A stretch of 64,000 nt of DNA from the NCBI RefSeq assembly GCF_000143415.4, contig NW_003314377.1, positions 310,001-374,000 on the forward strand, written 5' to 3'. The position numbers were made by a program, and so were the translations under genes. The notes beneath the pieces were generated by a model. The model ran no database searches, was not told the origin of the DNA, and worked only from the letters and a program-made list of their open reading frames with translations. Of the stretch, positions 24,015 through 39,548 are shown piece by piece. Source of the stretch: Selaginella moellendorffii (Eukaryota > Plantae > Lycopodiophyta). The stretch's first letter is position 1, and every line of letters begins with the position of its first letter.

Positions 24015-25449
24015 ATGGCTGTCGCGCCGGTGTCCGACCTCCAGATCGAAGTTGGCTCCTCCAAAATCGTCGCTCCAGCGCAGGCAGTGGAGCACAGCAC
24101 ACTGTTCCTCTCAAACATCGACCAGGAGGCAATGTACAAGGTGGAATCGGTCTATGTTTTCGCTGCCAACCCTGAGCGAGCGAGCGACGATCCTGCCGAG
24201 GTGATCGAGGCGGCGCTGGCGAAAACGCTGGTAACGTACTACTTCCTGGCCGGGAGATTTGCGCCGAATGCCAAGGAAGGACGGCTCGAGGTGAATTGCA
24301 ATGGAGCCGGGGTCTTGTTCGCTGCTGCTACGAGCAAGCTCCGGCTTTGCGACCTGGGAGATCTCTCGGTTCCAAATCCAGCATTTCGGAGCCTCCTCGT
24401 CCAGCCGAGTGATTCTCTGGGATTGTTTGAGACTCCACCCGCAACGTTCCAAGTAAGTTCTCGCAAACTTCTTCTTGCTCTTCGTTCACGATGGTTCTTT
24501 CTTCTAGATCACTAGATTCAAGTGCGGTGGCTTCGTCTTTGGAATGACCATCTTTCACTCGCTGATGGACGGAGTTGCGATCACCGGCTTCTTCGACAAT
24601 CTCGGCTCCATCGCGAGAGGTGGCGGCGTCGTCATGGTGCCGAATCCAAACCGGGAGTTCCTCAAGGCCAGGAATCCTCCGCAGCCGCAGCACTACGAGC
24701 AGCTCATGTGCCGCCAGTTCCGAGTGTCGAGCTTCTCCGAGATCCCGCTGCTGCCATTCAATCCCACGACGTCGAGCGTGAACAACTTCGCCCCGGAGAA
24801 GCACGTCTTCAGGAGCTTCCCGGTGTCGAGCCAGATGATCTCGGAGCTCAAGCAGGCCTGCCTCAAGGACGAGACACTCTCCCGCTGCTCCAGCTTCGAG
24901 GCCATCACCGCTCACGTCCTCCGCCAAGTCGCGCGCTCCCGCCCCAGCGATCCCTCCGCGCTCGTCTCGACGTTCCTGGCGGTGGACTTCTCCCGGAGGC
25001 TCCAGCCGCCGCCGCCGCCCAACTTCTGCGGCAACGCGGTGGTGGCGGCGTGCGTCGCCGCCACCCGCCAGGAGCTTTGCACCTACAGCCTGGGCCACTT
25101 CGCGCGCCGAGTCCAGGAGGTTCTCAGCGACGTCGACGACGAATATGTGCGATCCTGGACGGACTTCTGGGAGCTCCATCGCATCGGCCCCGCGAGGATT
25201 CCAATCGGCGCCTGCCTCTCCGCCTGGTGGAAGCTGCCATTCTACGCGCTCGACTTCGGGTGGGGGACGCCAATCTTCGCGGGGCCGGTCCCAAACCAGC
25301 TGGTTGGATTCATCGTGATCGTGGCGAACGGGAAGAACGATGGCGGAGCAAACGTTTATCTCGGCTTGGAGCCGCAAGAGATGGCGGCGTTCGAGAAGAA
25401 CATCTACGAGCTAGCCGAGTCTCCGCCGCTAATACACGCAGCGTTTTAG
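24015..25449 (+). CDS. BAHD acyltransferase (2 exons)
   Basis: FLSNIDQ, YYFLAGR, HxxxD (HSLMDG) and DFGWG motifs. Intron ~24453-24515 follows the conserved Gln. Confidence 0.95.
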
Positions 25450-25962
25450 ATTAAACAAAAGTGAGATTTGCGCGCTAAGTAAGCAAGATTGAAAAGAGAT
25501 TGTGGACTTTTCTGAGAGAATCCAAGCTAACCGGGGGATGACGTCATGCGCGGGCCATGCCCATGCCCATGCATGGAGAATATGCCACCCCCATTTGGTC
25601 CGCGTTTTCACACGGAACTTCTTTCCCTTTTTTCATTCCTCTAGCCTAGTGTGTGTGTGTGTTCTTCGCGCAACGCAGTAATCGCTCCACAGTTGGCACG
25701 CGCGGTGGCGGAGGGCGTGCGATCGACCATTGCAGCTTTGATTTGCGGAGGGGCAGGGATTTCAGCTTGGATCCGGGGCGGTGATGCGTCGCCGGAGCTA
25801 GGGTTTGGTGGTGGGGTGGGAATTGGCGTGGATCTCATGGCGGCGGCGCTGTAGCTGGCCATGGTGTGCTCGAATTTCGGGTTTTGGGGCGATTGCGTGC
25901 TGCGATTCGGCTCCGGGCGGGGACCTGGAAGAGGAGCGGGGAGGTAAGGGCAGCGGCGCTGC

Positions 25963-27170
25963 ATGGGACAAGGGGGACGCGGGGAATTTTTGGCCCGGCG
26001 CTACAGGTTTTCGGAAGATCTCATGGATCTGGATGGGGACGCATCGACCTCAGGAGGAGAAGGCTACATCGTGCACTATGTTTCGAAGCGGGACACTCTT
26101 GCGGGAATTGCCATCAAGTATGGTGTGGAGGTTTGTGCTCGATGAAAACTTTGGTGTAGGAATGGAAAACTAACTAGAAAAATTCATCCAGGTTGCCGAT
26201 GTCAAGCGACTGAATGGCTTGTCAACAGATCTTCAAATGTTTGCACGAAAGAGCCTTCGCATCCCATCGTCGGCAAAGCATCCTCCATCAGAGCAGTTCG
26301 CATCACACAGGTACATTTTTTCATTCTAGTTCTCGAAACCTTGAAGATAAAAACAATCTTTCTTCCTTTTCGATGCATGTTAGCAGCAGTGCGAACTCAG
26401 AGCAGCCTCGTCTCGGGAGACATTCGTTCTGCGACATCGTGCTTCCCAACAAGAGCGAGGAGCCAACGAAAGTGAGCTCCGCGATGAGCTTGATGAGAGG
26501 TTACTACGGGTTATCGACATCAAAACTCGAGGGTGAAGGAACCGAGATGGAAGTCTACAGAACAGACAATGGCTATCAATCCGAGGACGAGCCATTCACT
26601 CCGCGGGACCAGGTCTCCAACAGACCAAGAGCTCACGCTCCCACCAACTTGGCCACGGAACCAAAGCTCGCCAGCTTCAACAGCATGGTGAGCATGGCTA
26701 GAGATTTCGTGGCCCACGAAGTAGAAAAGGCGAGGGAGCGTGTCGCGGTGCGGCGGCGTCCCAAAGGTGAAGCTCTAGCGGCCGAGGATCATAGTGCTAA
26801 GCAGCAACTTCTTGGTGACAGGACAAACTACGCAGTGAGAAGCAGCGTTCCAAGGCCGAAAGCTTCGAGACTAGGACTAGAGGTAGAGGTGGATTGCCCG
26901 GCTGGTCGAGCCGTGGTCTTCAACTCCGGGGGCGAAGCTGGGAATGGGAAAGGCCTACGCAGTGGCAAAGTAGTGGAAGAGCTCATCTTCAAGCTCAAGA
27001 AGTCGCCCAGCGCTCCAAACTTCCAGGACGAGAAGCCTCCGCCGTCTTCCATGCTCAAGAATGGAAGCAAAGGAGATCTAGCGAGCTGGAGCCAGGCACA
27101 TAGCCAGAGCAGCGTGACGATACCATTGCTGGACAGCTTCACGAGGCGCAGCAAGGCTGCATTAGACTGA
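25963..27170 (+). CDS. LysM-domain intracellular protein
   Basis: HYVSKRDTLAGIAIKYGVE/VADVKRLNGLSTDLQMFARKSLRIP, then SSAMSLMRGYYGL and C-terminal KAALD. The start could instead be the ATG at 26023. Confidence 0.88.
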
Positions 27171-27772
27171 ATAGAAAGGATCCGGTTTTGGATCGAGCAG
27201 AGCAGCGACACCATTCTTTGATCGAGGACGCAGCAAGAAGGATCCGATGGAAGTGAGAACGAGAAGAAAGAGGAGTTTTTGGGCTGCAAGACTCGCACGA
27301 ATAAGTTTCTTCGCTAGAAGTGACCAGATAGAAGAAATTCATAGTGTTTGTAATATACGAGGTAGAAACTAGGAAATTCTTTCATTCACGCACGACCGTC
27401 GATTGGCGGGGGCGTTACGATCCGGAATGGCATTGGCGAGGCAAAATATCGTGGGCCAATGTCTGGCATTATTTTAATCTTAGCCTGGCTTTACTGGTAA
27501 AAGGAAATGCCCGGCGCTTGTATCTTCCTTTAAAACCATGACCTTGTGTGGCGAGCAAGCTTTTTAGGGTTGGCAGTGTGGAGATAGGAATTAGGGATTT
27601 TAGCGGCAGGCGATGCATGGCGCGGAGGTAGGCGCTGTGGATCCTCGCGTTGGAGAGCTTGGTCGCGCCGGGAGTGGAGATTTTTGAGCTGCGGCGCTGC
27701 GATTAGTGCTTGGCTGCGGGGGTTTAGGTCCGGAATTTCTTGTGCTGCTGCCAATCTCATGGTCTGCGAGGG

Positions 27773-30700
27773 ATGACAATGTGCCAGAGGCCTGTTGGTG
27801 ACCCCTGCCAAAAGCTTCTCGAGGAGAGCCGGATTTGCGCCGGAGGTATCGATCAGAGCTACACGAACCAGGAGTGGAATGCTTTTGTGGACGATGCTTG
27901 CGTCCAGCATGGCGTGCAAGGGGCCGAGTCCGTGGCTGCCCAGGCCGAGCCGGAGGCGGACATGGAGCTTGACCAGCTGTTTTTCTTGCTCAAAGAACCG
28001 GAAAAAAATCTGGTGAGTTGTTTTTAGAATTTTTTTTTCGTTCTCCAACTTAGCTTTGTTCTTTTCTTTGTGGCAGCAAGATATAGTCGGGCAGGACGAG
28101 ATTCTAGCAGCGCCAGAAACTAGCCCTTTAGTACAAGCGCCACAAGAGTGTAAGTTGGCTTCTGTTTTTTTTTTTTTTTTGTTTTTTCTGTTTCTGAAAA
28201 ACTTGTTTTCCAGATACCCATGGAGTGTCACCTTCTTTACATGATCCCTCGTCTTCGGCAACATTCCCGTACTATCAATCCAGTGACTACGACAGGTCTA
28301 GCGGTTCAGTTATCGGGGCAGAGGGCGAGGTTTATGATCCAACGTTGAATTCCACTACTTTCACTCCAGTGTGTGAGAGCTCCTGGTCTTTTGGTAATGG
28401 TGCTGCGGCGAAGTCTGAGGTTATCGAGATTAGTGACGGTGAAGAAGATGAGGTTGGGATTGTAGGAGAGAAGCGCAAGCTGCCCCTGAGCTTCGCTTCT
28501 CAGGAGACCACTTCGAAGGCCTGGTGGTATGCTCAGGAGCAGACCAACGCCAGCGTAAAGAAAGAAGAGAACGGGAACGCTGAAGTTCTTAACTCAGATG
28601 ACGAGTCTGATCAACGGGACGAAAGAGGTGGAACCACCCGGAGGCATTACTCTTCAGAACCACGGGTACAGGAAGATAGAAACCTCCGAACAATCTTGCA
28701 GGTACGTTTTTAGATTGTTCATTGCGGCAGCGATTTTATTTCTTTTTCGGTAGAGGATGATCACTGTCGATGAAAAGGAAGAGGCCAGTCCAGAGGAGGG
28801 CTTGATGACAATTCCTCTTCTCAAACATCAGGTGCGACTTTTTCTTATCTTCAACCTCTTCTAAGAAGCTTTTCTATGCAGAGAATAGCTTTGGCGTGGA
28901 TGGAAAAGAGTGAAAATCGTGTGGAATGTTCTGGGGGAATCCTTGCAGACGATCAGGTAGGCCTATGTGATGGTGGTCATGTTTTTCCTGATTGCTGAGC
29001 TTTTTGTTGTGTGTTCGTAGGGACTTGGTAAAACCGTGTCTACGATAGCACTTATCCTTAAAGCTCGGGCGCCAGTTTCAAAGCTAAACTTGGCCATATC
29101 GGAGACAGCACTTATTGAATCTGAGCCTGTGGATCTTGACGACGATGAGGATGGGGACAAAGACGATGACGAAAGTTCTCAAAAGCTGGATGATAGAAAG
29201 TCATCTCTAGGCAGAGGAAGAAAAACAGGTGGCACCCTTGTTATCTGCCCAACGAGTGTTTTGAGACAGTGGGCACATGAGATCAAGGCAAAGGTGACAC
29301 CCGCCGCGAATCTCTCGATTTTGGTATATCATGGAAGTAGCAGGACAAGGAGTGCCGACGACCTTGCGAAGTACGACGTTGTTCTAACAACGTATCCAAT
29401 CGTGAGTATGGAGGTGCCGAAGCAGCTATTGCCAGAAGAGAAAGAAGAAGATAAGAGGAATTACGATGACTACGGGCTTGGCAACTTTCGAGGATATCCG
29501 AAAAAGAAGAGCAAGCCAAAGAAGAGACTCTCGGACGAGAAGATTCCCGAGTCGGGTCCTCTAGCAAAAGTGAGCTGGTATCGAGTTGTTTTGGACGAGG
29601 CGCAAAGCATAAAAAATTCAAGGACACAAGTAGCTCGGGCTTGCTGGGGGTTGAGGGCCAAGAAGCGATGGTGTCTATCAGGTACACCAATCCAGAATGC
29701 AATTGACGATCTGTACAGCTACTTTCGCTTCCTACGCTTCGACCCGCTGGACACGTATAAGTCCTTCAGATCGGAGGTGAAGGACCCGATCACTCGAAAT
29801 CCAGTTTTGGGATATAAGAAACTGCAGCTGATTCTTCAGGTGGTTATGCTTCGTCGAACAAAAGGCAAGTTTTTTGTATTTTCTATCAAATCTCTGACGA
29901 CTTTTTTCTTTTTCAGCAACATTGATCGATGGACAACCAATCGTAAACTTGCCTCCGAGATTTGTTTGCCTCCAACAGGCTGAATTCAGCGAAGAGGAGC
30001 GTATATTCTATAATAGTTTGGAACTCGAGTCACGCAGACAGTTCCAGGTATGATAGTCTGGTTGTTTTGTCTGCCAACTGACTTCATGTCTATGTATGCC
30101 ACCAGGTTTATGCTGAGGAGGGCACGCTTCAGAGTAACTACGTGAACATCTTGTATATGTTACTGCGGCTTCGGCAAGCGTGCGACCACCCTCTCCTTGT
30201 CAAGGAAACAAACAACGAGTCGACGGAGTTCGACGCGGTTGAAAACGTAAAGAAGTTGGCGCTGGAGAGAAGGGTGGAGCTCCAGAATACTTTGGATCGG
30301 AACAAGTCCATATGCACTATATGTGCGGTAAGTTTTTTTGTTTGCTTTCGGGGCTATGTCTAATATTTTGTGAACATTTCAGGATGTTCCCGAGTGGGCC
30401 GTTATAAGCTGGTGTGGTCACGTCTTCTGTAGGCAGTGCATCTCAGAGAAGCTAGCCACCAGCGATGACACTGAATGCCCTTTCCCAAAGTGCACCATTC
30501 AGCTCAACAGTTGCCTATTGTACAGCCTGACTGCGTTGAGGAATTGCAACCTGGGTATTGAGCCCACCACCAACAACAATAACAAGGGAAAGAAGAAAAG
30601 GCAGCCAACCGACACCAACGGATGGATCTCGTCTTCCAAGATTGAAGCGGTCATGAAGCTGCTGAAAAATCTTCCCGTAAAAAATCCTGCCGGACCAGCG

Positions 30701-31310
30701 CCAGACGGGACACGAAGGAGAGCTGAGACAGAAAAGGCGATTGTTTTCTCCCAGTGGACAAGTATGCTGGACTTGCTGGAGCCCCAGCTAAGGAAGGCCG
30801 ATCTTCGTTTCAGCAGATTGGATGGTACAATGACTGTTGTGGAAAGGGACTCTGCGGTCACGGAATTCAACACCAATCCAGAGGTACGCAATCCTTTTTT
30901 CTCAAAACAAACTTTGTCTGACGTCGTTTTCTTCACAGGTGTCTGTGATGATCATGTCACTCAAGGCCGCAAGCTTGGGACTCAACATGGTTGCTGCGTG
31001 TCATGTTCTTCTTCTCGATGTGTGGTGGAATCCCACAACGGAGGACCAAGCCATCGATCGAGCTCATCGTATCGGACAGACTCGTCCCGTCCACGTTTCA
31101 AGGTTTACCGTGAAGAACACCATTGAGGATCGAATTCTAGCGTTACAGGTACGAGCTTTGAATGTGAAGCTTTGGTTTAATGGTCTAACGCTCTTGTTTG
31201 CGCAGGAACGAAAGAAGCAAATGGTTTCGTCGGCGTTTGGAGAGAACGAAGGGAACAATCAAAAGAGTAGGCTCACAATGGACGACATACGCTTCCTCTT
31301 CTCGGGCTGA
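27773..31310 (+). CDS. SNF2/RAD5-like helicase with RING finger (CHR27/CHR28-like), multi-exon
   Basis: [43 protein letters not shown] cysteines, FSQW and [13 protein letters not shown]. The 5' start is uncertain. Confidence 0.9.
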
Positions 31311-31522
31311 CAGACGAGAGAATAAACACAAGAACAAAGGTACGTGAGTGAGTGAAGGCGTCCGAAATTTTGGATTTGACAATTTACCGGCCCAGAGATT
31401 TTAGCTTGTATGATACCATTTGATGAAATAGTAGTCTTATACTACGCTCGCTAGAGACTCGTAAGCATGTCTTTCAATTTCTGTTTGAGAAAAGTTCTCG
31501 TTTCTTTTGCAGAAGATGGTTT

Positions 31523-32890
31523 CTAGAACTCGGATGAATCGACCTCTTCCGGAAACTTGGACAGCATCTTGGTGACCACGGCGATCACTGCCTCGACGTC
31601 GGGCCTGTTTGCGACTCGAGGCTCTACCATCCACGAAACGAGCTTGTGAAACGAGCGAGGATATGGCGGAGTGCTCGGCCATTTTATCTGCCCGCTCATG
31701 GACGCCAACTGTAAGCTTCCGCCGGCCTCGCTGAGTGAGTGCTCGAATGGCGAGACGCAGTACCTGAGAAGAGTAGAGACGAAGCCTCTCAATCTCAAAA
31801 CTTTCGGAGAAAAAACTTACAAAGTTGGAGGAAGAACTTACATGATCGCGAAGAGTGTACAGCCGAGTGACCAAACGTCGACTCGCTCGTCAATGTCCGC
31901 GATGCTGGGACAGTCCCACAGCTCCGGTGCTCGATACGGAGCCGAGCAGTGCTCGGCGGCCCATTCCTGTGGACAAGGCAAGCTGTTCGCATTCGGTGAC
32001 AAAGCTAACTTCTTCTCCTCCTCCTCTTTTTCTTTGGCTTTGTTACCTGGATGGCGAGAGCTTCCGAGCGAGACCGAACGCGTTTCCTTGCTAGAGTCGC
32101 GCTGCCAAAGTCCATCACCACTGCTTTGGGTGGATCTTGGTTGCTGGACTTGGAAAGGAGAACGTTTCCTGGCTTGACGTCGTTGTGGGAGTAAGATGGA
32201 TCGTGCTTGTGCATTTGCTTCAAAGCTTGGCAGATCTGTGCAAAGAAGAAACGAGTGTGATGAAGATCGAAGAAGCCACGACTGGTTTTCTACCTGTTGG
32301 AAGATGTGAAGAACCGTGACTGCTGGGAAGAACTCGCCTCTAGATCGCATCTCCTCCAGCTGACTTTGGAGCGTTCCATCGGGATACACTGGAAACAAGA
32401 GATAGGCCTCGGTGTTCCAAGTGCCTTCTCGCGATCCCTGCTTGGATTGTTTCACGCTGAGAGCGATCTTGGATCGGAGAAAGAGAGGCAAACCTTGACG
32501 GCGATCATGGAATGCTCCAGGAGAGGCAGGAGATTGGGATGCTTGAAGAGCGACGAGACTTGGATCTCGCGCTTGACGAGCGCGAGCTGCTCCTCGGACT
32601 GGATCAGCACTTTCTTCACGGCATACAGACCGTCGTCTGGAAAGAGATCGAGCAAAATATCGGTCAATCGAGCGATCTAGCAGGGCGCGCGCGCGTGGGG
32701 ACGAACCTGAGACTTGGGAGGATTGCTTGAGAGGCCGATCGCCTTGGATCTCCCGGGCGAGGTAGACGAACGCGAATCCGCCCTCGCCGAGCTGCCGCAC
32801 GATCCGGAAGCGGCGCTCGTTGATCCAGATGTCGGCGGCGCCGCTGACGGCCTCATAGAGCGCATTCAGCCCCGAGAACGAGCATCCCAT
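31523..32890 (-). CDS. STK16/NAK-family Ser/Thr protein kinase, multi-exon
   Basis: MGCSFSGL myristoylation-type start, GEGGFAFV, YAVKK, HNDVKPGN, DFGS and YRAPELWD. Confidence 0.93.
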
Positions 32891-33041
32891 AGCTCATTCC
32901 TCTCACGCGAGCGCGTGGAAAATTAGGTCTAGATCGAAGATCATCATCGTTGGTTCGTATAAACCCTAGAATCTAGGGCTCCAGTTGTGGTGAGAGCGCT
33001 CAGTGCCTCCAGCCGCCCAAGCCGCGGTGAGGGGGGGCGCG

Positions 33042-35429
<2,388 letters not shown>

Positions 35430-35604
35430 GCAAGAGATATCGTCAGCGATCTCTCCTTTTGCGCAAGTTTTGTATCAGTAGCAATGTAGAGTACTCATAT
35501 CTAAGTTCTAAGCTGTGATCGCGCTCGTGATGCTATCCTCAAGTAACTTCTTCGTAATAAAATGATATATTACAAATATTAGGGCATGGTTGGATCGCGA
35601 GAGG

Positions 35605-37077
35605 ATGGTGCTCGAGCTATGGCGCATGGCCGTTGTGTGGACGCTCGTTCTGCTATGCGCGTATTTCAGGCTCTTGTTTCGGCTGGTGTTTGGTCGCGCC
35701 GCCATTTATCCTCGCTGCGCGCCCGCCTCGCATTGCGCTCGAGCTTGCATCGTCACTGGGGTATGTTTCTCTCTTTCGTTTTGATCCTCTCTAGCTTTAA
35801 GTGATGTTCTTCCCAGGCTTCGTCGGGGATTGGGAAGGCAACCGCAGAGATCCTGGCTCTCGAAGGCTATCACGTAGTTCTAGGTAGCAGCAAGCTTTCT
35901 CTTCCTTTTGCTTCGCTTCTTATTCTTTGATCAGCTGGAAGATCACTAGCCAACCTTGAGAAGGTATGCCTACATTCTCTTATCCATCGCTGACTTGGGA
36001 GTTCTCTTAGGCTGCGAAGGAGCTACACAAGACGCATGAAGATCTTTTGCTCTATCCCATGGTGCTCGACCTGTGCTCAGTGCCATCAATACTGAGTTTC
36101 GTGAAATCGGTGGAGGAGTGGCTGGGAACTACACAAGTCTCGCTCCAGCTGCTCGTCAACAATGCGGGGATTTTTGCCGCGACTCCGCAATGCACGAGCG
36201 ATGGATACGATCGGTAACAAACTTTCTCCCTCTTTCTTTTCTTTCTTTCTTTCTCTCACTTCTCGTTTTATCCTTTTGCATTTCAGGGTGGTCATGACGA
36301 ACTATCTGGGGCCTTACATACTCACGCAATTGCTTCTTCCGAAGCTTCAAAAGTCCTCGCATACGGCACGTATTGTGAATGTCGTTTCTTTCACGCACAG
36401 ATCCTGTGAGTACATTCTTGCGCAAACGCTCTCTTGTGCGCTGAACTTCGCTTTCCAGCGCGAAAGCTTCCTTCAGAATTTTGGAAGATGCTGGGAAAGA
36501 AAAAGCTGGACGACGAGGACAACTATAGAATGGCAATGACTTACGAGGTTTCGAAACGTAAGCTCCTTGCTAACATGATACTTGGTTCTTCCGCTTCTGA
36601 TTCACCATATTTGTAGTTTATGAACTTTTGTGGACATATCAGCTCCATCGGAAGTACTTGCGAGTTTCAGTCATGTAAGATCCAGTTCATCTTTGTCTAG
36701 CGTTGAGTTTCTTGTTCATTTCTACAGGGCAGCTGATCCGGGGGTAGTCGAGACGAAAATCCTGAGAGAGCTGCCGTGGTGGCTTGTGCAGTTCGCGTTC
36801 ATGATGCTAAAAGGAGTGTTTTTGCTACAATCGCCACGGTGTGGAGCGAGAGCCGTGGTTGATGCCGCTCTAGCTCCCATGGTAAATCCAAATCCTCATC
36901 GCCACCCTTCTAAATCCCCTTCACAACTCGCAGGAAGTCTCTGGGAAGTATTTCTTCGGTGGAAACGGCTTCACGCTCCCTTCATCGGCGCTGTCCCGCG
37001 ACGAGAAACTGGCCAAGCGGCTATGGAACCTCACAGAGGAGGCCTACGCGGCAATCATGGAACGCTACACAGCGTAA
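35605..37077 (+). CDS. Short-chain dehydrogenase/reductase (retinol-dehydrogenase-like), multi-exon
   Basis: CIVTG/ASSGIG, LLVNNAGI, TNYLG, RIVNVVS, YEVSK (YxxxK) and DPGVVET. N-terminal hydrophobic segment. Confidence 0.88.
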
Positions 37078-37177
37078 GTCGGTTCATTCACATCTCAAAC
37101 TCTAAAAACTTGTGATCTTTGTTTCGTTCCCAGACCATCCTCAAATTTGTTTCGTAGGAGGTAAGAGTCTCGAAGAA

Positions 37178-37255
37178 AATCAAAGAGCATCGTCAAGAAA
37201 TCAAAGAGCATTGTCAAGAAATCAGGCTCAAAGAAAGTAAAGAGCATTGTCAAGA
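37178..37255. repeat. 21-bp tandem repeat (AATCAAAGAGCATYGTCAAGA x2 plus a partial copy)
   Basis: Seen directly between the SDR and COL genes. Confidence 0.8.
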
Positions 37256-37405
37256 CAATTGGCTCTTTTTTTTCTTCTTCTTTTTCTTTGCCACTAGATT
37301 GCGTACTGGAGGTTTTCTGGCTCGCCAACTTTACTGAGAGTGGACAAATATGTGGCTCTTGGCCAAGCCGTGCGCACTGGTCACTGTCCCCGCCACCTTG
37401 GCACC

Positions 37406-37543
37406 GACGTGGCACAAAGTGTGGACACTGGATCACGAGCTGCCCGGCGAAACGCGCCAGCGTGGAGGCGCCAGTGGGAAAGATAAAGATTGACAGGCGC
37501 CCATCGCTAGCCACGTGTGCGAGCCTTCCACGTGGCGATAAAG
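37406..37543 (+). promoter_or_regulatory. G-box/ABRE cluster upstream of the CONSTANS-like gene
   Basis: GACGTGGC at 37406, CACGTG at 37512-37517 and 37529-37534, adjacent GATAAAG. Confidence 0.55.
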
Positions 37544-37902
37544 GCTTGGTTGTTGGTGACGCATCCTATCTACACTGGGGGGCGTATATTCGCGAGGCGA
37601 GAAATGGCTATGGAGGTTCCATCTAGTTCTTCCAGTCAATCCATAGCGCGCTCTGCCCTTTGGCGCTGACACTCGCGATTGGATCGTCAGGTACTGGTTG
37701 GATCGGTGATGGATTAGCGGCTTAGCTGAACGGCACAAGGCAGATTTCTTGGTTCTTTGGATCACGATCGAGGATTCCAGCGAAATATCGGAGAATCGAT
37801 CGCCAAATCTTGGCATCGACGGCCATTTCCATCGAATCGACCGATATTTCGGCCAAATCTTGCGGCATCGACGGCCATTTCCACGAATCGATCGATCCAG
37901 CA

Positions 37903-39219
37903 ATGACGAAGCCATGCGATGCGTGCCAGTCGGGGAATGCAGTGATCTACTGCCGGGCGGACGCGGCCTTCCTGTGCTGTTCTTGCGACAACAAGGTCCA
38001 CTGCGCCAACAAGCTCGCGTCGCGACACGAGCGCGTCCTCGTCTGCGAGGTCTGCGAGCACGCCCCGGCGGCGGTCACCTGCAAGGCGGACGCGGCGGCG
38101 CTGTGCGTCACCTGCGACAGCGATATCCACTCCGCCAATCCCCTCGCCCGCCGCCACGAGCGCGTGCCAATCACGCCCTTCGTCGACTCTAGCGACGGCG
38201 GCGCCGCTCCTCCTCCAGCTCCGCCAATCCTCCACGACACCGGCAACGCGAACCACGTCAAAGCCCAGGACCACCACGACCAGCAGCAGCAATGCAGCTA
38301 TCTTCTCAAGGACGAGGACGAGGACGACGAGGAGGAGAGCTCCGCTGCGGAGGCCGCGTCGTGGCTCCTCCCACAGCCCAACAATCTCGCCAAGAGCGAT
38401 GGAGAGAAGCTCGGCGGCGGCGGTGGCAGTGGCGGCTCCAGCGATGGCGGCGCTGGAGACGGCGACTCCAACGATCCCGACGACTTTGCTGGCGGAGGCG
38501 ATGGTGGCGGCGATGTTGGAGTGGAGAGCACCGACTTCTACTCCACTCTCAAGCCATCGGCACCTCCGCCCCTCCGGATCGAGAAGCTCCTCCTCAAGTC
38601 CCAGGCCGCGGCCAACTTCGATCTCTTCTCGGACGAGGACTCCTACTTGGACATGGACTTCCTGGGCGCGCTCCACTCGGTCACCGACAGCTTGGTTCCA
38701 ATCCACACCACCGGAGGAGCTCTCCACTCCTCCTCGCCAGTGGGATCCAACGCCGACTCATACGATCTCGACGTCCACGACAAATCACCTCCACACGCCT
38801 ACTGCCCCGGCCTGAGCCTCAGCGTAAGTTCTTCACAAGCTCTCTCTTTTCACGTTTATAATCTTCGCTCTTTCCTCCGCCAGGCATCCTCGATCGATGT
38901 TGGAGTCGTCCCGGACGCAAGCTTGAGCGACATCTCAACTCCCCAGAGCCGGCCGACTTCTTCGTCAGTGTTTGGCAGCGGCGAGGCGCAGGCGGCGGCG
39001 GCGCCACTCCACCACGCCACTCCCCTCGAGCCGATCGCGCGGGAGGCCAGGGTGCTGCGCTACAGGGAAAAGCGCAAGAACAGGAAGTTTGAGAAGACGA
39101 TAAGGTACGCTTCTCGCAAAGCTTACGCTGAGACCCGGCCCAGGATCAAAGGAAGGTTTGCCAAGCGAGGCGAGATGGACTCTTACGATGCCTCCTTTGG
39201 CGTTGTTCCTTCCTTTTGA
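37903..39219 (+). CDS. COL: CONSTANS-like protein (two B-boxes, VP motif, CCT domain)
   Basis: CDAC...[76 protein letters not shown]. Intron 38824-38883. Confidence 0.96.
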   Translation: MTKPCDACQSGNAVIYCRADAAFLCCSCDNKVHCANKLASRHERVLVCEVCEHAPAAVTCKADAAALCVTCDSDIHSANPLARRHERVPITPFVDSSDGGAAPPPAPPILHDTGNANHVKAQDHHDQQQQCSYLLKDEDEDDEEESSAAEAASWLLPQPNNLAKSDGEKLGGGGGSGGSSDGGAGDGDSNDPDDFAGGGDGGGDVGVESTDFYSTLKPSAPPPLRIEKLLLKSQAAANFDLFSDEDSYLDMDFLGALHSVTDSLVPIHTTGGALHSSSPVGSNADSYDLDVHDKSPPHAYCPGLSLSVSSSQALSFHVYNLRSFLRQASSIDVGVVPDASLSDISTPQSRPTSSSVFGSGEAQAAAAPLHHATPLEPIAREARVLRYREKRKNRKFEKTIRYASRKAYAETRPRIKGRFAKRGEMDSYDASFGVVPSF

Positions 39220-39548
39220 GCTCTCGCCCGGAGTTTCTTCGCGTTTTAGCTCTTGACAGTTGGCTCCAGTGAGAGAGCTGCTCCAAGTTACTTGGAGAGC
39301 GGGCTCTCGTTCCACCATAGCCGAGCTCCCGGTCTACGTAAAATCTCACAGCTTGTACAGTGATCACCGGCGTGCTGCTGGAGTCCCTTTTTTCTTTGAT
39401 GCGCGATTTCTTCCTGGACGTACTATAATGTATTTCACTATCGCAAACAAATCAAAGTTACACGTTAGAAGCTCTCTCCGAGTCAAGGAGAATCAAAAGT
39501 ATACCTTCACAGATAGACTTTATTTCTTGCGAGCATTGGATCAAACTC

